A DNA stretch of 62,435 nucleotides, filler included, from Hausera hauseri (taxonomy: Eukaryota), in assembly GCA_046269625.1 (NCBI GenBank). It is 10 parts of 10 records of this genome, joined end to end, with 100 filler letters (N's around TTAATTAATTAA, not from the genome) between each part and the next. Parts side by side here need not be neighbours in the genome. Positions count along the whole stretch, not along the records: positions 9,349 to 14,709 come from JBJURY010271397.1; positions 14,810 to 19,257 come from JBJURY010576005.1; positions 19,358 to 23,812 come from JBJURY010572339.1; 7 more parts are not named here. One strand, 5' to 3'. A model generated the notes under the pieces. It searched no databases. It had not been told where the DNA came from and saw only the letters and a program-made list of their open reading frames with translations. This document shows positions 9,794 to 20,822 of the stretch, piece by piece (position 1 is the first letter of the stretch; each line of letters starts with the position of its first letter). Made by a program: the position numbers and the translations under genes.

Positions 9794-12700
9794 CCCCTGG
9801 CTCCACATCATTTTCTCCCTTCTTTTTTTTAAATGATAAGTATATTTACACAACTTCATCAACCCACGCAAACACTACAAATATCTACAACACCATCTCC
9901 ACTTTTCTTCGCTCATCCGACTTTTGTATCACGAATAACGGCTCTACAGTACCTGTCTTTGGGACTCTACAACCTTCTTCACCTTATATCCACCTCCATA
10001 TAACTTTCCGCATCCGTGGTTTCATGAATTTATCGCCAACCATAAACACCACGTATAAAGCCACCACAAAACCAAAGCCAGTTATACTAATCCAAAAACC
10101 CACTACCCCTACTCCTCCTAATAGCACTTCCACCCTTACTTCTTTTGCTCCGTTCCCTCACTGTACTGAATTCATTATTGACAACCAAAAATCCAGTAAA
10201 ACTTGGTTGCAATTCCACCGACTGTGACTACAAGAAAATAAGGTTACTAAAACACATCCTCCTGTTCTTGCTTCCTAATAATATGAAAACACGAATTCAC
10301 AACATACTTCAAATCTTCGAACTCCCTGATCCACATTTACAACTTTTCAACGCTGTCCTTAAGATCACAGAATCCTCAATGGACACTATCATACAACGCT
10401 TCTTCCACGACAATGCTGTAGGCGCACAACGACCATCAGAATTTTTACGTACTTCTTTGGCACATTTACACACTAGGCGTCACGAAAGAACACAATCCAG
10501 AACTACTTCGCCACTACTTCCTCAACGTGTTACCCATCCACATTCGGGCTGTACTTACCGTGGTGGAGGATTCCACGGCTCTTGAGAAACTGGCCCAATT
10601 AGCCGACAAGACGCACGACGTTCTACACTTAAACTCCCTACCAATCGTTTCGACGGCAGTTGCCGCTAACGGTATTCAAAGCAACAACACATCATTAGAG
10701 CAACAGATAAATCAGTTACTTGCCGAAAATATAGCACTACACGCAAAAATGAACAATATTAACAACAAATTAAATGAACTTTCCCTGTTCCGCCGAAGGG
10801 ATTTTGTCGCTCATAGCGCTCATTCTGTACTTAGAAACTGGTCACAGTCGCTTGCGCGGTCTTCTATCTGCTGTTATCACAGCAGATTTATTAAAAGTGT
10901 CAAAAATGCTGCATAAGGTGCAAATTTTATAATAAAAGTTTTTCTTCAGACACCGTTGTTTGTATCTACCACGCAAAGTTTAAAAATCAAGCCCGTAAAT
11001 GCATTCCAGCCTGCACTTTCAAAACAGATAAGAACGATGGATGTGCTACCTTTTCTTCTAATAGTCGTCTTAATTCATCTTTCCGAAAAACCTAAGATTG
11101 CCGCCAGAAGTCACGGAAAACTCTGGCGAAGGCACTGCTACCGCTGCTACAACGCAATCAATTAATTTCCTCATTGATACAGGTGTAGCGATTTCCTTAT
11201 TACCACAAACTTTTCCTGTACAAAATTTACCATTCAGAATTAAGTCTTTATACACCGCTTCAAGTCAAGCTCTGCACATTTCTGGTATGGCTAAACTATC
11301 TTTTGTCTTAACAAAATTTCCTTCACCTTTCCACTGGACGTTTACAGTTGCTAATGTCCAGACGGCAATTCTAGGGTCCGATTTTCTACCACATTATAAT
11401 TTATTAATTCATTGCGGTCAACTGTGTCTGAGGAGCAGCATCACTGGCAGCCTTACTGAGCATATAAATAGCATTTCGGCTACCGCGCAGTCGATCGAGA
11501 GGAAACCAAAAACTGATTCGAATTTCCGTAATATTTCATTTCGTCAATTTGTAAATAATAATTTTGATATTCAATCGAAGTTCGATGTTGTCAATTGTGG
11601 TACTATCACCAACGTTAATTTACTCCACGAAATCACTTAATCCAACATCATTTTCAATTCGACAATCCTGCAACAAATATTAATTGACCTTATGTCAGCA
11701 AACAATTCACAAATTGCATCCGCTACTACTCAAGCTGTTTCACCATCATCACTGAATCTCTCACAGTTACCTACAACTTTGCAGCAATTCGTCAACACAT
11801 CATGTCCACGCGTACTTAAGAAAGATTGTACGTTTACCCCTGCAAACAGTACTTTACGCCACATAGTTACACAGCATCAACGACCAATACGCCAGAGTAC
11901 GACAACTATCACCTCGTCGTAGACAGGCTGTAGAAGCTGAATTTCTAGAACTAGAACGCTCCGGCATCGTACGCCGTTCCAAATCTCCTTGGGCATCACC
12001 TTTACATGTTGTACAAAAAAGGAGGGCACTCTTAGACCATGTGGTAAGTGCCGACAGTTGAATAACTTGACTCTCATAGACGCGTACCTCCTGCCACTCA
12101 TCAAGGATATTTTGCATCGCCTTAATTTAACCGCAATTTATTCGACCATTGATTTGGCCAAAGCATATTATCAAATACCAGTTTTACCCAAAGACATAAA
12201 AAAGACTGCTGTCACTACTCATTTTGGTCTCTACGAATACCTGTTTATGCCATTTGGTTTGCGAAATGCCGCACAAACTTTTAGGCGACACACTGATTCA
12301 ATCCTCTCAGATTTCCCATTTGCGCACCCTTACATTAATGATATTCTGATCGTTTTGTCTTTAGCCAAGCAACACCAGGAACACCTCCACGCAATATTCC
12401 AACGCCTTAAACACCATAATTTTCAAGTCAGTTTTGACAAATGCCATTTCTTCAAAAAGCGCATCAACTTTTTAGGCCATGTTATTTCACCAGACGGCCA
12501 CTCTCCCCAACTAAACCGCGTTGAAGCCCTTAAGAATATTTAGTTACCACGTACAACCACTGAAATGCGCAGTTTCCTTGGTACACTACACTTTGTACAT
12601 AAATATGTACCATATTGTTCCGAACTGACAGCACCATTTGCACACTTAAGTGGCGGCAAAAAACATCAGCCAATTTAGTGGACACGTGCATTGGTTGAAA

Positions 12701-14531
12701 AGTTTGTTAAGCTACGCGAAGGGATTAAGACCGTCGAGATTCTCGCTTTCCCCAAGCCTGACGAGGAACTTATCCTTACTACAGACGCTTCAACCATTGC
12801 GGTAGGTGCTGTGCGTCATGAAATCCACTAAGGAGAAAATCAAGTGCTAGAATTTTTCTCTCGTAAGCTAACATCTCCTGAAACTAGATATTCAACGTTT
12901 GATCGAGAATTATTAGCCATCGTTCTTACTTTAAAGCATTTCTCCCACCTACTTGTCGCTCACCATTTTACCATACATGCCGATCACAAACCCTTACTTA
13001 ACATCATGGCTACGAAACATTCTTTCACACGCCAAGAACTACAGATATTATATTTGTCGACATTTAACTTCGACATGAAACATATCAATGGGATTAATAA
13101 TTTAGTTGTCAATTTTTATCTAGGTCGGTTAGTTCGATTAGTTTCTTACCAATCTTCACTCAAGCACAAATTCAACAGAACCAGCCACCTCAGGGAATAC
13201 TTAATTCTTTCAAGTCTTGCACAATTGTTAACGGTGTGGCTTTAGACACTTCCAAACCAGGTCATTCCGTAATAATTCTTGCACCATCGTTGCAAAAACA
13301 AACATTTAACAATGTACGTTCGCTACACCACCCCGGTGCGGAAGCCACTTTTCGTTTACTCCACCGACAAGTAATTTGGCCGACAATGCGTTCCGATGTG
13401 TAGATATTGGTTAAGGAGTGTGTGGCTTGCCAAAAATACAAAATAACTAAGCATTTAAAGCCACCACTGTTCCACTTTCCCTGCACATCGAGGTTCGAAT
13501 CCGTGCATATTGACATCGTCGGACCTCTTCCTCCAGACAACGGTCATCAATTCATTCTCACCATAATGGACAGTTCCTCACGATGGCCAGAAGCCATCCC
13601 TCTGCGGAGCACAAACACCGACACTATAGCAGACGTTTTTATTCGTACATGGATTAACAGGTTTGAATCACCTCGCTTCATCATCACGGACCAAAGTTCA
13701 CAATTTGAATCCAATTTGTTTAAATCCTTTGTTAACCGATTGGGGATCCATCACATACATACTGCGCCTTACCATCCCCAATCGAATGGCATTTTAGAAC
13801 GTATCCACCGAACATTGAAAACGTCACTAAGAGTCCTTAAAAAGTCCAATACTAGTTGGACGACTATTAGTTCGTTTGTTCTACTTGGCTGGCGGAACAC
13901 TCCGTCCACTTCTACGGGATGCTCACCTACTGAAGCCTTATTCGGAGCTCCTGCACGACCATTGTTCGAACTAACTGCCTTAGACGACACTCCTACAGAT
14001 TAAACAATACGGGCGTCACAAAATCACTTCGTCGAGGTCAGCAAAGATTTATTCTGCAGGATACTTCACAAAGACAAAACATATTTACCCGAAGACTTGT
14101 GTTTGGAAAAATTCGTATGGCTAAAAAATCAGACGCCGTGCGGTTTTAAGCCAAGGTATCTGAGGCCCTATAAACTGATACAGCTGCATTCACATAATGC
14201 TACTATTTCTAAAGACGGCAAAGAACTTACAGTACATATTACTAACTTATTGCCCGTCTTCTTTGTCGACGACACTTCACCAATCGAGACTTCAACCTAT
14301 TTTTTCACTCCTACACTTTCTGCTGTTCTTTTGTCTGTTGCTGTACCAGTTTCACCTCTTCCTTCTGCTCCTAGTTCTGCTTCATCATTTTCCATACCTT
14401 CTACATCTATTCCTATCTCTCTTCCTTTCTCTACCACTCGCTCTGTCTCATTTACTACTTCTACTTTTTGGCCTAACACAATTCCAATTTCTGCTTCAAT
14501 TTTAGTCTTTCCTCCTTCATTCACCTATTGA
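9794..14531 (+). mobile_element. Ty3/Gypsy LTR retrotransposon, degenerate (gag ~10145-10916, PR ~11160, RT ~11940-12540, RNase H ~12770-13120, IN ~13300-14270)
   Basis: QRPSEFLR, LAQLADK, FLIDTG, MPFGLRNAAQTF, LTTDAS, YSTFDRELLAI, H..H/CVAC Zn finger, VHIDIVGP, ITDQ, YHPQSNG..ER; order PR-RT-RH-IN; stops and frameshifts. Confidence 0.92.
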
Positions 14532-14970
14532 GCTCATAGTTGCTTTTGTGTTGTTCCGAAGTTATGAGATTAAAACAAACATATTAAATGAATTTGACAT
14601 AGAATATAATTTTACAATTTAAGATCGATAGCGGGTTACAAAATCACAAAAATAATGCTAAATTAAAAAACGACGTGCGACAAAATAAAGTTCCACTGGA
14701 TCTGATTTTNNNNNNNNNNNNNNNNNNNNNNNNNNNNNNNNNNNNNNNNNNNNTTAATTAATTAANNNNNNNNNNNNNNNNNNNNNNNNNNNNNNNNNNN
14801 NNNNNNNNNACCGCTGTGAATGGAATACGTTACGATAGTTCTGCAACAGTTTACACACAAAGTGTGTTTTACCACTTCCACTGGGTCCTACAATCTGGAA
14901 AATTGCGTTATTCTGAAGCAACAGCAGCTCCATATTGATGAATAAATACTTTTATTATATTTGTTTATAT

Positions 14971-14995
14971 TCACGTCATACACACATATAAATAG
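14971..14995 (+). promoter_or_regulatory. TATA-box promoter of the TBP-like gene (TCACGT + ACACATATAAATAG)
   Basis: TATAAATA ~30 nt before ATG 15020; the same 14-mer and a TCACGT occur at 61200-61220; upstream short ORF ends in TGAATAAA (14938-14946). Confidence 0.6.
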
Positions 14996-15019
14996 CTACA
15001 GCACAAACACTTTTCCATA

Positions 15020-15745
15020 ATGTTAGCTAATATCAACTACCGCGGACATGTTACTGACTGTAACATTAATACGTTACCTTTTAATCAATGGAAGCCGAGG
15101 CAGTATATTCACAAATGTCTACCGGATTTTACATGCATCATATTTCCATCGGGAAAGTGTCGTATCATGGGTTGTCGCAAGCCAATCACAACTGACAGCA
15201 ACAGTAGTATACAACTACCATTCGGAATAGTCATTGACCAAATCCAATCAATAACGGTAACGACTGAGTTAGACTTTCCTCATCAATCAATCAATCTGTA
15301 CAAATTAGCCATGGCCACTGAGTGTGTTTATGAGCCCGAACTCTTTCCTGCACTGAGACTGACATCGTTTCGACCACTCTGTGTCAATGTGTTTAGTAGT
15401 GGGAAAATCGTTGTACTCGGTATTCGAACAATAAACTATGAAACGATTATTAATGAAATTAAAAACCACATAAATGTTTTAATGCATCAAAATAATATAC
15501 TCTGCACAACAAACTATAAATATCAATCATCTGTTCATTCAGACATTACTACTACTACTGCAATGGAGCACAACAATGATGACAATACGATTCTGCTCAG
15601 TGATGATGATGATGATGTTGCCAATAACAAAAACAACAATGATGACAATACGATTCTGCTCAGTGATGATGGCAACAACAACAACAACAACAACGATGAT
15701 GATGACTATGACGACATCATCAACAACAAGCAACATGAGCAGTAG
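15020..15745 (+). CDS. Divergent intronless TATA-binding-protein-like protein with N/D-rich C-terminal extension
   Basis: Two TBP half-repeats: IIFPSGKCRIMG and INLYKLA...YEPELFPAL...VFSSGKIVVLG. Confidence 0.85.
   Translation: MLANINYRGHVTDCNINTLPFNQWKPRQYIHKCLPDFTCIIFPSGKCRIMGCRKPITTDSNSSIQLPFGIVIDQIQSITVTTELDFPHQSINLYKLAMATECVYEPELFPALRLTSFRPLCVNVFSSGKIVVLGIRTINYETIINEIKNHINVLMHQNNILCTTNYKYQSSVHSDITTTTAMEHNNDDNTILLSDDDDDVANNKNNNDDNTILLSDDGNNNNNNNDDDDYDDIINNKQHEQ
15571..15700 (+). repeat. 38-bp direct duplication (63-bp period) plus (GAT)n/(AAC)n microsatellites
   Basis: CAACAATGATGACAATACGATTCTGCTCAGTGATGATG at 15571 and 15634. Confidence 0.85.
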
Positions 15746-17151
15746 TAGCATGACATGTCGACAACAAAAACCTCTAACACCATCACAAAATGTTATGCCG
15801 CCGCCACCAATTGACAAACCCAAACAACAACAACAACAACAGCAACAGCATTACAGCACAAACATCCCGCCATTGACTCATCAATTCCCACAAATGAACA
15901 CCGCAAACACAGCACCATCAAGTCAATTACCATCACCCGCACACTCACGTAAAACACAACCGTCGACAAGTCATTCATTACGGTCACCATCACCAGCCAG
16001 TTCACGGTCACAGGCAGCATCATTTACCAACAGTCCAGCAGCAAATATGATGCGTCCAAATGTCCATGGTGGGTCATTACCCAGTGGAAATAATATTCGT
16101 GGAAATGTGCCGATGACAGGGAATATGCAATCGATGACGGCAAATAGCAATTTGATGAGTAATTAAAAATGCTGATAAAGATGACGTGTATTAATGGGCA
16201 TGATTTAGTTGACTACAGTAACATGAATAAGGTTCTCAGTGATTTGTTTATCAGTCAGGCACTTAGTGAGTTGATGACGATAAGTAATGCCGTGTGATGA
16301 TTTGTCGTGTAGATAACTACAAAGAGGAAATGCAGAAACATGAAATGCAGAAAATGTTCATGATGTCTGGGCTACCATCTCTGCCACCTGCTGCTGCAAT
16401 GAGACAAATGGCATGGCCACCCCCGCCGTCACCTCATGACCAACGTGACAGATTCCCCCTCGTACCGGCTGACTCATGGCTCAGTGCATTGCAGGCACAA
16501 GGGGCTACTGCCGGTGCTGCTGATATTTTCCAGACAGATTTGGCAGCATCACTTCTACGAATGTTCAGTCAGAATCAACCACAACAGAATCGACCGCGAT
16601 CAGCTGCCGGACTCAATTTGACTAGTGGAGGTCAATCAGGCAATCCACAACAGGACAAACCAGGATCAGGACGGGCGTCAGTGAATCATAGCAGTAGTGA
16701 TTATCAACGGGCAGCAGTGGTTGGTTTTGTCCATGGACTTTACGGTGGTGACGCAGCACAGGAACAGCAGCTGCTCACGGATGGACCAGAAATGGAAATG
16801 ATGCGGGCTATTCTCGATGGCCATGTCCATCCAAATGCACTGTTCAACATGATCAATTTCCCTAAACCAACAACAAATGCCGGTCTTCATTTAGAGCAGC
16901 AACAACCACCGGCAGCCCACAGCTTGGCAATGCCGAGTGCAGCCAATTTCCTTGGTCTACCGACACCGCCAATGCATCCTCAGTCCATTTTATCGCAACT
17001 ACAGAATCAGCCATCATCATCAGTCAAAGCACCGACTGCCGGTTACGGCAGCACCAGTTCCTCTGCAGCCGCAGTTGCCTCACAGTGTCCAAACGACATT
17101 TACCAGATAATAAAGTTGATGGCGTTGAACCAGCGTACGCCACCCAGGTAA
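15694..17151 (+). CDS. Two-exon Q/P/S-rich low-complexity protein (intron 16159-16312); start uncertain
   Basis: A|GTAATT donor and TGTAG|AT acceptor join ORFs 15576-16166 and 16294-17151 in frame (phase 1); stop overlaps AATAAA. Confidence 0.6.
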
Positions 17152-18173
17152 TAAACTGTACAGAAGGGTAGGCGCTCTGTTGTGACCGTCGCCATCGGAC
17201 TGACATAATAAATTTTGATTTTGTTTTGGTCTTCTGAATCGCCAAAAATTAATTTTAATTTCATGAGAGGTGGAGAATGGAAGGATTGCAAAATCTTACT
17301 TTGTATTAAAAATTCAATTTAATTTTTGCTTCAGAAAATTAGTTATCAATCTTTTTAACAATTGCTGTCTAACATCATACAATAAATTAAATTGATGAAT
17401 GAAATGCATTAAACAAATCACTAATTAAATGGTGAAGTTCATTTTCGTTACTAATTAGAAAAATTCACTTGCATTATTCATCAAAATTAATTCAGAGCAC
17501 TTGGTGATTTATTAATAAAAATTTATCAAGACATTAATCGGTGTAAACACATCGATGAGTTAATCAAAAAATATTTACCGGATTCCCGGGATACAAATTG
17601 ATATTTGGTCCATTGTTTTAATAAGTGGCTATTTACAAAATTGATGAAGGTCACTCGTACCATTTCTCACTGTTAGGGCTTGATTTGAAGTAGCGAATTT
17701 CTGTCAAAGAAATTTATTTTCCATATTATGGCTTGTTCTGTGAAATTCGTTCAAACGAATGAAAAAACTTATTAGGAAAATCAGGTTTGGTAACAATTTT
17801 GTCCTTTTATGCAATGAGTTTGGTTAAAGACGAAAGGAATCATCTGATGTTGCTAAAGAAGGCAATGAGTTGGATGACGCTTGTACTAAATCGAATCGAA
17901 AACCAAAGAAATCGAACATTGGCAGGAGGTTTAGTTTGTTTAAGTTGAGGTTGGCGATTTGGTTTTTGGTGGAGTTGGCGAAGTGTGATACTAGTTTCGT
18001 GGTTGCTGATGTAACAAATCTTGGTAATTTTTCGTGTTGATGGGCGTTTTGTAATTCAATACACATTTGAGTTTTTTGTGTGTATGGTGATTAATCGATA
18101 ATTGTTACACGAGCAAACACAATTTGTCATGACTGTTGTCCAACTCATAATTTCATACGTATTTATTGTCACA

Positions 18174-18814
18174 GTGACAGCAGTAGAGAGACTCATCAAA
18201 AGTTATTGCGTAATTCCATCGACGTTGCAGCATTGGTAATTTATCCACTTGATCATTGATTACTGTCATTACAGCAGCGTCCTACAACTGCAGCTGACTC
18301 ATCCATCCAGTCAGTCGATGGGTCATCATTAGTCGGTAATTCATCATTTACAGCTGACACAACGCCAACTGTGGATTTCCCTGCTGATTACGACGAGGAT
18401 GATTGCAGTATTACGCGATTGCATGACGACGATGTCATTGGACGAGACTGCTCTGCCGTCTGTAGCAGCCCATCTGCTATGATGGTGACTTTGCTACGGC
18501 AGTTGTTGATATATCCGGACCATTTCTGCATATGGCTGTCGTACGCAATGTAAATTTGATTCTCGAATTCCATTGTCAGATGTCGCTTATTTAGCACGGC
18601 ATTCCTCGTTCTGTCCACTGTCTACGTATCATTCCAGGTTGATAGACTCGAACAGACAGTGTTACGCGTCATCCGCAATGACAGACTCTATGGGATTGTG
18701 CCCGGCATGTCGGCGGATACTCTGACGGAATTTGGTCGGGCACGATTGATATTGACTGGGCAAATTGAACAAATGAGTCAATTGATGAAAGTTGTTAGGG
18801 AAAAATTATCGTAG
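18174..18814 (+). CDS. 3' exons of an unknown host gene (introns 18236-18274, 18485-18637)
   Basis: GT-AG introns restore one frame ending ...EQMSQLMKVVREKLS*; the 39-nt intron contains an in-frame stop. Confidence 0.55.
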
Positions 18815-19357
18815 TGTTGTGTGTCGTTTGTAATTTTTTGTTAATTTGTGTTTTTGGGGGGGGGGTAGGTATATGTATTGAGTTGATTTTTATTTTGTGT
18901 TATTTGCGTGTGATGAATATTGATAAGTTTGCGTTGTGCGTAGAGTGGAGGGTTGGCAAATATATTTGTTGATTTGATCCACTTGTATAATTCATACGCA
19001 TACACTATGCCATACCGTCGTGATGTATACCAATTGAAATAAATTCGGATAAAATTCTCAACAGAGAAATATCTTTTCATCAACCCACGCTAACAACTGG
19101 TCATTCTGTATTGGTGCGGTAAGTTGTAATCAATGCTTATTCATTTCTGATACTCAAATTGATACCAGGTAATATCGTCAATTTGAATAATAATTTGTCT
19201 CTTTCACAGTTATGACTCACTTTGTATCGTCGACAAGTTCGATGACTGACGAAAATTNNNNNNNNNNNNNNNNNNNNNNNNNNNNNNNNNNNNNNNNNNN
19301 NTTAATTAATTAANNNNNNNNNNNNNNNNNNNNNNNNNNNNNNNNNNNNNNNNNNNN

Positions 19358-19547
19358 CAACGACAAAACTGATGCTTGCAGGAAACTAGTTCTACTGGCT
19401 TGGTTGAGTAATCGCTAAGGCAAATAGCGCACTCTTTTCCTATCGTGGTGAAGGTTCCCTTTGGGTTGTAAACTGAATAACGGTATATTGTTTTTTGTTG
19501 AAATCCGTGCGACAATACGGGTGTGGAGTTCAAATCGGGAAAATAAC
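19358..19547 (-). CDS. RING finger exon (truncated by contig end)
   Basis: CAIC..CKH.FC; acceptor ctttaag at 19548. Confidence 0.75.
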
Positions 19548-19608
19548 CTTAAAGTAATAAAAGGAAATAAACAGTTTACTACAATTAATTTTTATTAATA
19601 AGTTAATT

Positions 19609-20020
19609 TCATTCAAAATCTAATATTGTGTAAGGTTGTGGGTTTCTCCAACTCTCCGGCCAACTGCTATCATCCTCATCGATCACCAGTACTATGGATG
19701 GGCGATTGTCAACGTTCAAGTAAGTAATAATTCCTTCCATGACATAAAAGTCCACTGTTTCAAGACAATAAGGACAATACTGACTACAACTCAAATATTC
19801 CAATACACATGGCGACATGACAGGACAACCAGGTTATCCGCCTCCAATTTGAGGCACATCCAGCAAAAGGTGCAGGCTCGTCGGCAACAAGGGCAGTTGC
19901 TTTGCTCATCTAACCAAGTGTTAATATAAAGCTGGCAGTATGCATGTCCACATGGTAGTGTCGTTTCATTCGTTATTTTTTCCAAACAAATCGGGCATTT
20001 TTCCATCTCTTCTTCAATTT
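19609..20020 (-). pseudogene. Double RING finger exon, frameshifted in RING 2
   Basis: CPIC..PCGH.YC..Y..W....CPCC, then CWMC..CRH / CPYC in the adjacent frame; acceptor ttcttag 20021; downstream AATAAA. Confidence 0.8.
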
Positions 20021-20131
20021 CTAAGAAATAATAATTTTATTCCAACCATAATTTATAAATAGCTTAATTCTTCTAAATCAATATAACAATTCTCTAAATT
20101 ACAACATTTATTCTTATTATTTATTAACAAC

Positions 20132-20454
20132 CTATAAATTATCATTTCCAATTAGTCGTTCGATTTCTTCTATATCTTCGTTAGTCAATGTGCATATTGG
20201 ACGCAGCAAGGAATAGTCTTCATCCATAGTAGCCAGGCTCAAACTGATTATTTCGCTGCACTTGCCACATCTAAATAATTCGTCTTCCTGATTTAGTTCT
20301 TGTATAAACTGACATAGTGGACAACATCCTCTGTTACGACATATCACACAGGCTGAATTCAATACTATTATCGTATGTCCTTATATAAATTCAACATCAT
20401 TATAATAAACGATTGTTCGCATCGTGATATTTCCATTTTTATTATTCCAACAGA
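20132..20454 (-). pseudogene. Cys-rich (CxxC x3) Zn-binding exon with one in-frame TAA
   Basis: CVIC, CPLC, CGKC; acceptor tttaag 20455; downstream AATAAA. Confidence 0.5.
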
Positions 20455-20514
20455 CTTAAATACCATTGATTATCAATATACATATATTTCTAATTAACTG
20501 AAGTAATTTCACAA

Positions 20515-20822
20515 TCAAATGGCCATCTGTACAAGTCTATTTAGGCCTAGTATATATAGATCATGCTGATCCCCTGGTACCGGATTCCCATCCTCCTCTG
20601 TTTCACTTTCTTCGTCTTCTTTGTCGTCTGGAATTACCACTACTGTGACTCCTCGACACTGATACGAACTTATTTTCCTCCGGCAAAAGGGGCATGTCTG
20701 ACTCTTCGATAGCCATCGATCTGCGCACTTAACACACATAATGTGTGTGCACCGAAAAAGTGCATAATGCCGTCCCAGTAATCCAAAACAAATTTCGCAT
20801 TTCACTGGTCCGTATTTGCTGT
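20515..20822 (-). CDS. C3HC4 RING finger protein/exon with acidic tail
   Basis: CEIC-x12-CTH-IMCVKC..W....CPFC; acceptor ttcag 20823. Confidence 0.85.

Noticed and set aside
14197-14531. Hydrophobic/Ser-rich ORFs after integrase as an env gene (also 52540-52956)
   Set aside because: Pyrimidine-rich low-complexity tail; no signal peptide, Cys pattern or furin site seen.
17824-18066. 80-aa minus-strand ORF (and 18841-19083)
   Set aside because: Possibly host exons, but no product can be supported.
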